From the NCBI GenBank assembly GCA_963662465.1, contig OY759599.1, positions 1,536,001-1,600,000 on the forward strand: DNA of 64,000 bases, given 5' to 3'. The notes below the pieces were generated by a model. The model was not told where the DNA came from. It saw nothing but the letters and a program-made list of their open reading frames with translations, and searched no databases. Below are positions 33,301 to 42,479 of the stretch, piece by piece. A program made the position numbers and the translations under genes. This DNA comes from Desulfatiglandales bacterium. Lineage in GTDB: Bacteria > Desulfobacterota > DSM-4660 > Desulfatiglandales > Desulfatiglandaceae. The stretch's first letter is position 1. Each line of letters opens with the position of its first letter.

Positions 33301-33319
33301 CAAAGAAAAGAGGAAAAAC

Positions 33320-33973
33320 ATGAAAAAAATAGCGCCTTCAATCCTGTCCGCCGATTTCACCCGCCTGGGCGAAGAAGTTATCTCCGTTGTGAATGCGGGA
33401 GCGGACTATATTCACATCGATGTCATGGATGGTCATTTTGTCCCCAATATCACCATTGGTCCTCTGGTGGTCGAAGCGGTGGATCGGGTTACGCAGATCC
33501 CTTTGGACGTCCATCTGATGATTTCCCAACCGGAACTCTATATTAAGGAATTTGTGAAAGCCGGGGCTAATATTATCAGCGTCCATGGTGAAAGCACCGT
33601 CCACCTTCACCGAACCCTCGAATATATCAGATCCCTGGGCGCCAAAGCGGCTGTGGCGTTGAACCCCGCCACCCCCTTATGCGTACTGGATCATGTCTTC
33701 TCTCAATTGGATATGGTCCTGATCATGAGCGTCAATCCCGGTTTTGAAGCACAGAAATTTATTCCCGAAATGATTCCAAAGATCAAATCCCTACGAAAAA
33801 AGATTGATGAACTGGGTCTTGATATTGAAATCGAGGTGGATGGCGGCATCAACCATGAAACCATCGGAAGCGTATCTTCCGCCGGCGCTGATGTTTTTGT
33901 GGCCGGATCGGCCATTTATCACAGCAAAAATTATGCCGATACGATTCAGGTGTTGAGACGGAATATGGGGTGA
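33320..33973 (+). CDS. rpe: Ribulose-phosphate 3-epimerase
   Basis: IAPSILSADF, HIDVMDGHFVPN, DVHLM, MSVNPGF, EVDGG; ATG at 33320 after AGAGG. Confidence 0.97.
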   Translation: MKKIAPSILSADFTRLGEEVISVVNAGADYIHIDVMDGHFVPNITIGPLVVEAVDRVTQIPLDVHLMISQPELYIKEFVKAGANIISVHGESTVHLHRTLEYIRSLGAKAAVALNPATPLCVLDHVFSQLDMVLIMSVNPGFEAQKFIPEMIPKIKSLRKKIDELGLDIEIEVDGGINHETIGSVSSAGADVFVAGSAIYHSKNYADTIQVLRRNMG

Positions 33974-34079
33974 CAATCTTCGGTCATATTTTGAGCTTGT
34001 TTCTTCTGCTCCTTACCATCCTTATCTTTGCAGCTTGGCGCATCGTTTATGGCAATTGCAATGATCTTTTCCCTGGATT

Positions 34080-34583
34080 TTTCAAGAGCGAAGGGATTGG
34101 GATTGTTTTCCAGCATCGCCATGTCATTATAATCCAAAAGCTTGGTCATGGGAAATTCGATTTCGGGCCGGAATCCCCATCGTTTGTAGCCGAAGGAAGT
34201 GGGACGCCACCTTGGGTTTTCATCCGTCAGCACGGCAAGGCTCACCACGGGACAGCGGTACTTGTCATAAATCCGGTAATTGTAAACATATAACCGCTCG
34301 GGGAAATTACGTTCATATTGCCCCTGCACCTCTATATGCGCCAAAACCATGAGAGGTCCACCGTCACGGGTATGCACCCTGACGAGTTTATCGGCAAGCC
34401 TGCGTCCCATCTCCGAATCCCTGACAAGCTGCTGAAACTCCTTGTCCATAAAGGTGCATTCTCTGTCCCAGTCAATACCGGCGTGAACGTCGGGAAAAAA
34501 GAACGCGACAAAGTCGAAGAAAAACGTTCCAGAATATCTTTCCAAGGGGAATCATAATCGGGTTGATCAGGTATCGGAAACAT
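34080..34583 (-). pseudogene. Rpn/putative-transposase (PD-(D/E)XK) family N-terminal fragment, frameshifted and truncated
   Basis: 'DYDSPWKDILER' in one frame, then 'DKEFQQL...ADKLVRV...HIEVQ...YVYNYRIYD...NPFAL' in another. Confidence 0.8.
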
Positions 34584-34586
34584 TCC

Positions 34587-34883
34587 TTAATTGCTTTGAA
34601 ACTCAGACTCAAACTGTTCCAGTGACCGGGTTAACACTGCTTTTTTATGTAGTTCTTTCAAAATCTTTCGATCTTCAATGGCAGCAATTGCTTTCACGAT
34701 CTTTTCAGGAATTTGAGAAAACCTTGTGGAAAGCACTTCGGCAACCATTTCCCTGGCTTCTGCCGGCATGCCTTTTTCCATACCCAGTTCTTCTACGCTG
34801 CTGATAAATCTCATTTTTCTTTCCTCCTCATAAGCAATGATCCGTTCTGAGAAATCTTTTTTAAGTTCATCGGGAAGGGTCAT
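34587..34883 (-). CDS. Rpn-family C-terminal-domain fragment or small protein
   Basis: 'DWIMTLP...EEERKMRFISSVEELGMEKG...VLSTRF...LEQFE'. Confidence 0.6.
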   Translation of the reverse strand: MTLPDELKKDFSERIIAYEEERKMRFISSVEELGMEKGMPAEAREMVAEVLSTRFSQIPEKIVKAIAAIEDRKILKELHKKAVLTRSLEQFESEFQSN

Positions 34884-35288
34884 GATCCAGTCGATGAACA
34901 GAAACGGGATACCTCGATACCTAAATGAAAACCTGCCAGATCGGTTTTGCGGCCATGGCTGTCCTTGGCGATAACTTGCAGTGTATGGGAACCGGATGGA
35001 ATATTTGACAATGGAATCTCAAGATCAAAACCCAAAATATCGTAAGGCTCAAAAAAGCTGTGTTATCATCAAATCAGAGGGCTATAACGAACGTTGAGAT
35101 TTATTCTATTTTTCAATTTTATCATTATTGCAATAGATTGAGAGTATTCCCAAAAAAATCAGCACCGTGAAAACCTGGTGATTCGAATTATTTATGCCCA
35201 CATACTCACATCCTGTCCAGCATCCTCTTGGCTCCCGGGAAGGCCCTTTAAAGCAACCGACCAAATAATGAACTACATTAAGCGGCTC

Positions 35289-35561
35289 TTATTTAGTTAG
35301 CCCCAACTGCCCTTGGTTTATCTTGTTGACATACTTTCCGTTAATGACCTGCACGGTCGCAATTCGCTTATCGCAAGAAGGGCAATAAATATCGGTGCCT
35401 TTCTCTGAGTAGTCATTTATAAAAATGCCTGTATAGTCTTCCGTTATTCGGTCCCGATGAATCTTCAACAACTTTCTTCCAGGGCCTTTTTTATATTTCA
35501 GTAGTTTTTGGCCGCATTGGCAATAAATTTCAAGGATTTTGTATTTGGTTAGCTTCTTCAA
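35289..35561 (-). CDS. Small putative zinc-binding protein
   Basis: CQCG and CPSC motifs in 90 aa. Confidence 0.6.
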   Translation of the reverse strand: MKKLTKYKILEIYCQCGQKLLKYKKGPGRKLLKIHRDRITEDYTGIFINDYSEKGTDIYCPSCDKRIATVQVINGKYVNKINQGQLGLTK

Positions 35562-35875
35562 TCGTGGTCTTTCTTGTTCTGGTTAAGGGTCAATTGGAAT
35601 TTTGAATTGAGTGCCAACTTCTGGAAAAGAAGGCGATAAATAAAGAGGCTTAAAAAACCCTTTTAAACAATCCAAAGCATAATCACAAATTTTCCATCCC
35701 ATAACAATAGAAAATTCTTAAACCCTCATTATTTTTTGCTTTCATCTGGAATCTTTTTATACCATTCAGCTTTTTGGTCTGCTATCTTTCCGATATCTTT
35801 CTTTATTTTTTTGATTCTTTCGAATCCTTTGTTTGTACTAAGATTACTATTAACGGCGAAAATGCTTGATATGTT

Positions 35876-36372
35876 TTACACTCTGGCCATTATGCAATCT
35901 TCCAGGTCATCCAGAACATTTTTTCGGTCCGGTTCCAATTCATTGTAGATTTCATGGTACAGGCCTTCGTATACCCTTAGCGTTTTGTCTTTCGACCCAA
36001 GCTTTTCGTAAAACGACTTCGATGCTGCAGCATCAACCAAATGATCATCACCGGCTATCTGCATCAGAATCGGAACCTTCAGTGACGGTGCAAGCCGATG
36101 GGCTTCTTCCATGGCTCCTACAAATTCCGTAAACCATCTGGCGCTCACTTTCCCATGCCTGAGAGGGTCGTTATCGTATTTGTTGACAACCTCCTTGTCC
36201 CTGCTGATCTTAGATGAATCCAGTTCGTTGCCAAGGGACAGACCGGGCCAAATGGATGACATCACTTTTCCCATGAATGCTTTTAAACCGGGAATCTTCA
36301 CCTTCATGCCCAACCTGGGAGAAGAAACAATAACGCCATCAATCATATCGGGGTGTTTTAAAACTGGCTCTT
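35876..36372 (-). pseudogene. Alpha/beta hydrolase (lysophospholipase-like), C-terminal fragment
   Basis: 'YDNDPLRH', 'VPILMQIAGDDHLV', 'YEGLYHEIYNE'; the N-terminal half with GxSxG is missing. Confidence 0.8.
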
Positions 36373-36374
36373 GG

Positions 36375-36782
36375 TTAATAAGGGACTTCCGATGTGACAC
36401 GTTCCAAGCACTCTTCTAAAGTTATCACGGACGTGGGATACCACTTGCCGGTATGCCTCATATAGCTGTATTGGAACTTATCGTCACCCAGATATTCAAA
36501 TTTGACGAATTTACTTTCAAAGAATGGTGCAGTGGCATTTGGCGGACACTTATATTTGGAACAGAAATAGAATGCGTTTCTATACCATTTGGTATAGATA
36601 TCAAACAGTTGATTTAATGACTGTTCTTCCTGAGAGACAGGCGAGAGATACTCCGGCTTGAAAACTGTTTCTACAATCACATCAGCTTTTGCTTTGATGT
36701 CCCGCTTTAATTCCTCTGACAATTCAGGTTTTGGCTCTTTGATCTTTTTTGGATTGTATCTCCATGTTTTCCGGGTTGCCAT
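36375..36782 (-). CDS. Hypothetical protein (135 aa)
   Basis: RBS GGAG before ATG; 'KWYRNAFYFCSKY...YMRHTGKW'. Confidence 0.65.
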   Translation of the reverse strand: MATRKTWRYNPKKIKEPKPELSEELKRDIKAKADVIVETVFKPEYLSPVSQEEQSLNQLFDIYTKWYRNAFYFCSKYKCPPNATAPFFESKFVKFEYLGDDKFQYSYMRHTGKWYPTSVITLEECLERVTSEVPY

Positions 36783-36985
36783 CGTTTACTCCAAAGTGTC
36801 CAAGGAGTTCCATTGCTGAGAATATTGGCAGAAAGTATATTGGAACTCCCAAAACAGTCAAGGCAATTCGGAATTCTCCATCTTCTGGAGTATAAAATTT
36901 TGATGATTCTGAAAGCAGTGGTCCTTCTTGACAACTCTATAAAATTAAGGCTATTTTCTCCCAAACCTTCAGGGAACCATAGACT

Positions 36986-37264
36986 ATGATATGTGTTATC
37001 TGCGGAACGGAAGTGGCCTCCATTGAAGAAACCGTCGATCAAGGCTGGATTCCATGTTTTTATGACAATCAGACTGAATGCGGTCCTGCCTGTCCAAATT
37101 GTTCGGAAGCTTTTTTTGAGACGGACGAAAATGGGGACATGGAACTGAAGGAACGGTTTCAAGGGAAAATCAATTATAAGAAAGATCCTTTCGATGAAGT
37201 TACAGAGGAAATGGTCCTGATAGGTGTTGTCCTAGAAAACAACTCGAACAAAATTCTGAATTGA
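36986..37264 (+). CDS. Small CxxC...CxxC hypothetical protein
   Basis: CVIC and CPNC motifs; directly upstream of the IHF-like gene. Confidence 0.6.
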   Translation: MICVICGTEVASIEETVDQGWIPCFYDNQTECGPACPNCSEAFFETDENGDMELKERFQGKINYKKDPFDEVTEEMVLIGVVLENNSNKILN

Positions 37265-37271
37265 GGTTACA

Positions 37272-37562
37272 ATGATGACCGTTATGAAAGCCAGCCTGAT
37301 AGATTCTATTTGCGAATCATGTGATTGTCCAAAACTGTTGTCCTCATCTACGATTGAATCCCTCCTGGAAATAATAAAGCGTACTTTGGCATCTGGTGAG
37401 GATATCCTGATCAGCGGTTTCGGGAAATTCTGTGTTAAAGAAAAAGGGGAACGAAGAGGAAGGAACCCTCAAACTGGCGATGACTTGATGATGGATGCAA
37501 GACGGATTGTAACTTTTAAATGCTCTAATATCATGCGGGACAAGATTAATGGGAAAGGGTAG
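37272..37562 (+). CDS. Integration host factor alpha-like protein
   Basis: 'GEDILISGFGKFCVKEK...RGRNPQTG...IVTFK'; diverged N-terminus suggests a paralogue. Confidence 0.9.
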   Translation: MMTVMKASLIDSICESCDCPKLLSSSTIESLLEIIKRTLASGEDILISGFGKFCVKEKGERRGRNPQTGDDLMMDARRIVTFKCSNIMRDKINGKG

Positions 37563-37615
37563 GGCGGTTCTTTCAAATAATCCACAGACTATTGAGAGGC
37601 ATCAGCGAGGATTCC

Positions 37616-38110
37616 ATGGCGGGTGACAAAATCAAAGAGCTCAGAAAAGGAAACCGGGAACATTTACATGATCTTTGGGAAATCGCGAAAACCGGAGATC
37701 TGAAATCACTTTCCGGGGAAGACAAGCGGTTGGCTGAAGTAATGAACGATCACAGCGATCAGTATTTTAACCAATTTGAAATGGGGGATTTGACATACGA
37801 TCACGAATATGATGCCAACTCAGAAGAAAATCCCTTCCTCCATATTATGCTTCATTCAGCCATTGAGCGTCAGTTGGAATCAAAGAACCCCATCGAGGTT
37901 TTCCAATTCTACAATTCCATGAGAAAAAAGAAAGTCTCCCGTCACGATACGATTCATCTGATAGGAGCGATCCTGACACCTCTAATGGTCAATGTTATGC
38001 GGCAGAAAGCTCCCTTTGATAAAAATAAATATGCTGCCTTGTTAAATAAATACAAAGGCAAAAAGCCAAGCAGAATATATGAATCTTTGGAAAAAGCGTC
38101 TTTGGAATAG
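37616..38110 (+). CDS. DUF1841-like protein
   Basis: 'ENPFLHIMLHSAIERQL...RHDTIH'. Confidence 0.7.
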   Translation: MAGDKIKELRKGNREHLHDLWEIAKTGDLKSLSGEDKRLAEVMNDHSDQYFNQFEMGDLTYDHEYDANSEENPFLHIMLHSAIERQLESKNPIEVFQFYNSMRKKKVSRHDTIHLIGAILTPLMVNVMRQKAPFDKNKYAALLNKYKGKKPSRIYESLEKASLE

Positions 38111-38125
38111 GAGTTCATCAAAAAA

Positions 38126-38455
38126 ATGAAAAAACTCACATCCTTCACATACAGTTATGCGATGATTTCAGGAGAAAAAAGAGCGTTTGGGAAATGCGAT
38201 ATGGAGATCGAAAGCAGAAAAGCTGAACCGCCTCCTGAAAAACGGGGTGACATTGCCAGAACCTACTTTTATATGGACTGGGCTTATCCCGGTCATGGTG
38301 TTCTTTCAAATAAAAACAAGAAATTATTTCAGGCTTGGGATAAAGAGGACCCGGTTGATGCTTGGGAATGTGAGAGATGTAAGAGAATTGAAGGGATTCA
38401 AAAAAACGAAAATCCCTTTGTAAAAAAGGCGTGTCAAGAGAAGAGGATGTGGTGA
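38126..38455 (+). pseudogene. Endonuclease I (EndA/Dns) C-terminal fragment
   Basis: 'FGKCDMEI...EPP...RGDIARTYFYM...AWDKEDPVDAWECER...IQKNENPFV'; N-terminal active-site part absent. Confidence 0.85.
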
Positions 38456-39030
38456 TGGGGGTTGAATATACGAACCGAAAGGGCAAGAAATACTATCTGA
38501 ATGTGGGGAAGACCAAAACAGGAAAACCCAGATACTATTTCTCCATGAAAACACGGGAGAAGCTTGCTGAAGAAATCCCTGAAGGTTATGAAATATATGA
38601 ACATCCAGGCAATGCACAGGTCTTTCTTCGGAAAGAGATTCCACCTCTGATCACGGAACTCGAAAAAAAACTCATTGAAAAGGAACTCAAGGAATTAGAT
38701 GGTTCGAGACTGTATATTGCTGACGTAAAAGGAGAAGAAATCGTAATCTATGAGTCCAATAAGAATGTTGAAGACCTGAAAGAAGTCTTTGGTTCCATAA
38801 GCCATGATACATCCAGATTTGAGAATATCATCAAAAGCAAGACGACATATTCGCCGATCATGAAATTCATCCTGGTTGACGAAAAGAAGCGGACAGTCAT
38901 TGTGAACAGGTACTGTTTTCTGGGTTCCATTGATGACTGGATCAATGTAGCAGGCCCGATGCACTTGAAAGAGGCATCAGAAGCATTTTCACAGCATTTA
39001 GGCAAAGAATCTTTCTTTGATGTGTTTTGA
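38455..39030 (+). CDS. Hypothetical protein (~191 aa)
   Basis: 'YTNRKGKKYYL...TKTGKPRYYFS...GYEIYEHP'; coupled to the previous stop. Confidence 0.7.
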   Translation: MGVEYTNRKGKKYYLNVGKTKTGKPRYYFSMKTREKLAEEIPEGYEIYEHPGNAQVFLRKEIPPLITELEKKLIEKELKELDGSRLYIADVKGEEIVIYESNKNVEDLKEVFGSISHDTSRFENIIKSKTTYSPIMKFILVDEKKRTVIVNRYCFLGSIDDWINVAGPMHLKEASEAFSQHLGKESFFDVF

Positions 39031-39126
39031 TGCCTGAACTTCGCAGGTGAGTGAAATGGGCAGGAAATTTGAGTATGGAAGCTAAGTCGATTCAAATCGT
39101 CACCTTCATTAAATAAGGATATTAAC

Positions 39127-39795
39127 ATGGAACCTAAGATTCTTTCAAACCTCTGGCAAGTGGGGGGACCTGTATTCACGTCATCCGAAGACGCCGCCAT
39201 TTATCTCATACGGTTCGGTGACAAAGCGGCCCTCATTGATGCAGGGTGTGGAAACGGTCATGACCTGTTGAAACTCAACATTTCAGAATGCATACCGGAG
39301 AATATGCCGATTGAATATCTCCTGCTCACACACTGTCATTTCGACCACACAGGTGGCGCTGAAAGGGTCCGTAACGAGTACGGTTGTAAAATCGTTGCAC
39401 ATGCCCTTGATGCCGTCTACCTGGAATCAGGCGACAGCGAAGTGACGGCTGCATCCTGGTACGGCGCCAATATGGAACCGTTAGACATTGATATTAAAAT
39501 TGAAGCAGATACTCAGAGCATCAAGATCGGAAACGGAAAGATAACCGCTCATCACTGGCCCGGCCATTCTCCCGGGTCTCTGGTGTACACAACACAAATG
39601 GATGGTCAGAAAGTGTTGTTTGGTCAGGATGTGCATGGACCACTGGATGCATCACTTCATTCCGATGCCAAGGCGTATCAGGAATCACTTAGAAAAATCC
39701 TGGAAATGGAGGCAGATATTCTCTGTGAAGGACACTTCGGTATTTATCGGGGTAAGAAATCAGTTCAACAATTCATCCGGTCTTTTATTTCTTGA
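39127..39795 (+). CDS. Metallo-beta-lactamase-fold hydrolase
   Basis: LIDAG, THCHFDHTGG, PGHSPGS, CEGH. Confidence 0.92.
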   Translation: MEPKILSNLWQVGGPVFTSSEDAAIYLIRFGDKAALIDAGCGNGHDLLKLNISECIPENMPIEYLLLTHCHFDHTGGAERVRNEYGCKIVAHALDAVYLESGDSEVTAASWYGANMEPLDIDIKIEADTQSIKIGNGKITAHHWPGHSPGSLVYTTQMDGQKVLFGQDVHGPLDASLHSDAKAYQESLRKILEMEADILCEGHFGIYRGKKSVQQFIRSFIS

Positions 39796-39840
39796 TAGAT
39801 TGGATTTTAGAATAGGGGATTGAAGGTTTTTCCGTTTGAT

Positions 39841-40155
39841 CTAAACAGCCCGGCCTTCTTTGATAGCTTCCAAGGCATCTTTGTAGTGTGCCCTGACATT
39901 TTGAACGAGATCCAGGAGCTCTTCTGATCCCTCTGATTGTCGGAGAATGTTTTCGATGACCACAATCAGGGGTTCCATTAATTTCAGATTCCTGACCGTT
40001 TCCCAGCTCATGGCCTCATCAATATGGAATAACACCCTGTCGGACCCTTTGAATCCGAATTCCTCGACAACCTGCCCCCTCAATACTATCCATGCCCCCT
40101 GCAAATCAGAAATAGCAGTTTTGGTGTATCCTGTTTCTTCTTCAATAAATGCCAT
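39841..40155 (-). CDS. Hypothetical protein (104 aa)
   Basis: ATG at 40155 with AAAGGAA upstream; first gene downstream (minus strand) of the non-coding array. Confidence 0.65.
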   Translation of the reverse strand: MAFIEEETGYTKTAISDLQGAWIVLRGQVVEEFGFKGSDRVLFHIDEAMSWETVRNLKLMEPLIVVIENILRQSEGSEELLDLVQNVRAHYKDALEAIKEGRAV

Positions 40156-40191
40156 CAAAATTCCTTTTTTTAGGCGATATGGGGCGAACAA

Positions 40192-42000
40192 CCTTGATAT
40201 GCATCCCTGTCAGCGACCTCTTTCCTCCCAGGACCGGCGCACGGCGCAACCTCCTTCGCCAAATAGAACCACAGCCAGCCGAGCGCCTACATCGTAGCTG
40301 TTTTAATCAGTGGGGCTATGGGCGTTTCATTGGGATTGGCTCAAGGGTGGGCGCAAAGAACCGCGCTCACCCTTGAGCCAATCCCAATGGCTGGTATTCC
40401 ATAGGTAGTTTAGTTGCAGGGCGCAAGGTCGGGGACCAGATTTAATCACACACCTTTGCAGCAACCCTCTTCGACCAACCTCTCAACATCGATGTGCCTC
40501 AACCCTGGTAAGCAGACCATCGGAAGGGTTTTTGGCATGCACCATGCGATTTATCTTCCCGGGAGTAGCGTATGGGCCACGCCAAAAACCTGCCAACCTT
40601 AATTCACAACCCTTTGCCCTTTGCAGCAACCTCCATAATTCCACCTCAAACTTTGGTTGCTGCCTCGAACTTCTACGACATCGGTTGGCTGTTTTCGGCA
40701 CCCTTCCCCCCTCTCCTTCCATCCCCTCCGTGCATTTGTTTAACCGCAATCCAGTTGGTATGCTGACAAATGCACGGTACAAGGAAGGGGCTAAGCATGC
40801 GGCGCCGTTCCGGCTTGCAGCCCCATCTTTTTTTTTAAAGGGGGGGAAGGGGAAAACCGCCAGTCTCGCCAACTCAATTTAATGCCCTTTGGGAAATTCC
40901 GTCCGGAGGCTGGCAACTCGCCGGAGGCGTATCAGAAGAAACAGCACAATCCAATGGCACTATGGCCCGGCACATCATCCGGCCAGGCACTTCCAAACAG
41001 CCGCAAGTGCCCCGGCCTGCTTCAGCGCCAGGCCACAGCGCCCCCAAGTTTCACCCTGGTACTTTTCCTATCAAAGCCTATCAAGCCCATAACCTTGGTA
41101 AGCAGGGCATCAGACCGCCCGGTGGCGGGCATATTAAACAAAAACATACATCGGATCGGCCCGGTGGCCGTCTTAATTTAAAAGAGCATACATCAGGCCG
41201 CCCGGAGGCGGTCACTGTTTTGATTACATATCTTCGCAGCAACCTCTTTCCTCTCATCCACCAGCATCGGAATCCCTTAACCTTGGGGCCAAACGTCGCG
41301 CCAAAACAAGAGCGTGATATTTCTCCAACGTCCACAGTCAATGGCCCGTCCTCAATCACGCACTCGTTTTGGCGCGGCGAGGTGTGTTTTCTCTTCGCTC
41401 GCGGTAAGCTATTTCCTTAATTCAAAAGTCCTCGCATCACGCGGGCAAAGGCAAAACACCCCACTCGGTTTTGATCACATACCTTTGCAGCGATCTCTTT
41501 CCTTTTATGCACCAGCGCACGGCGGAACGTCCTATATTTATTTCAACCTCAACCAGCCGAGCGCTTCCTCTTACAGGGTCTTAACCTGTGGGGCTATGGT
41601 CATTCCATGGAAACGCGGGTGGGCGCAAGGAGCCGCGCTCACCCTTGAGCCAATTTCGAAGTTCAGTATTTCATGGGCAGTCCTCATCCTTAACAACCAG
41701 TCGCCTACCCTGCTTCTGTTACGGCCTCCGGCGGCCCGGTTCCGCGTTGTGCGCGGGTATGAGGAACTTTTCATCATTTTTCCCTATTGGCATGGTTTTG
41801 TGCAGTAAATGCCCGGCTGAAAAGAATGCCCGCATCGCAAAAACCATCGCCAATAGAAAAAAAGGAGAAACGCTATTCAATAACACCCCTTTGCAGCAAC
41901 CTCTTTTTTCTCTTTATTATCCCTCACCCACATTCCAAGTGACCATCGAACCCTGGTTATCCGGATGTGTCTGCGGACAACAAACATACCAGGACCTTGC
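40192..42000. repeat. Non-coding array of ~30-bp degenerate direct repeats separated by hairpin-rich segments
   Basis: Six copies of consensus TTTRATCACAYACCTTTGCAGCAACCTCTTT at ~40192, 40441, 40600-40633, 41218, 41469 and 41875; many long inverted repeats in between; no credible ORF. Confidence 0.75.
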
Positions 42001-42089
42001 AATTATCCGTATTCTTTTGTCCCTCTGGTACTGGTTATGCGAGGACGTTTCAACTCAACTTTGAAGTTCGATACCAACACAACCGATCA

Positions 42090-42479
42090 CTAACCCAAAA
42101 CTGCCGACAGTACCTTGAATGCCAGCTTCAGTTGTTCGGTATCCGCTTGATCCAGGAGAGACATTATTATGGACTTCCTTTCCACTGGATCTTCGATTTG
42201 AATAAAGCCGAAGATTTCACCCAGACCCACTTCCAATGATTCCGAGAGCTTTATCAAGGTATTAAGGGTCGGATTTTCATTTCCCCTCTCAATGCTGCTA
42301 AGATATTTCGGGTTGATTTCCATTTTTTCAGACAATTGCTCCTGGGTGAGTCCTTTCTTGTTTCTGACCTCCTTTATTCGTGCCCCGATCATCTGTTTTT
42401 TATCCACGGCCTTTAACCCCCCGTCATTTTTGATTTTTCTAATTGTGACAGAGAGCAAGCCAGTTAAAAACAGTCCCAC
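42090..42479 (-). CDS. XRE-family HTH transcriptional regulator
   Basis: 'IGARIKEVRNKKGLTQEQLSE...YLSSIERGNENPTLNTL'; true start probably further downstream, near VDKKQM. Confidence 0.9.
   Translation of the reverse strand: MGLFLTGLLSVTIRKIKNDGGLKAVDKKQMIGARIKEVRNKKGLTQEQLSEKMEINPKYLSSIERGNENPTLNTLIKLSESLEVGLGEIFGFIQIEDPVERKSIIMSLLDQADTEQLKLAFKVLSAVLG

Noticed and set aside
33065..33319. N-terminal extension of Rpe (also the long upstream extensions called for 7855..8865, 8578..9537 and 21214..24258)
   Set aside because: ORF-caller artefacts overlapping neighbouring genes; family-typical starts lie downstream.
40192..42000. CRISPR array
   Set aside because: Repeats are degenerate and irregularly spaced (160-600 bp). 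The 41-42-nt triple repeat has similar A-rich linkers rather than unique spacers, and there are no cas genes in the window.
40192..42000. Canonical integron attC array or sigma-54 promoters
   Set aside because: No consistent RYYYAAC...GTTRRRY boundaries around the stems, no IntI gene, and GG-to-TTGC spacing does not fit -24/-12.
40149..42239. Numerous 60-165 aa ORFs on both strands across the array
   Set aside because: They overlap in several frames, have Pro/Arg/Ala-rich composition typical of GC hairpins, and show no RBS or family motifs.
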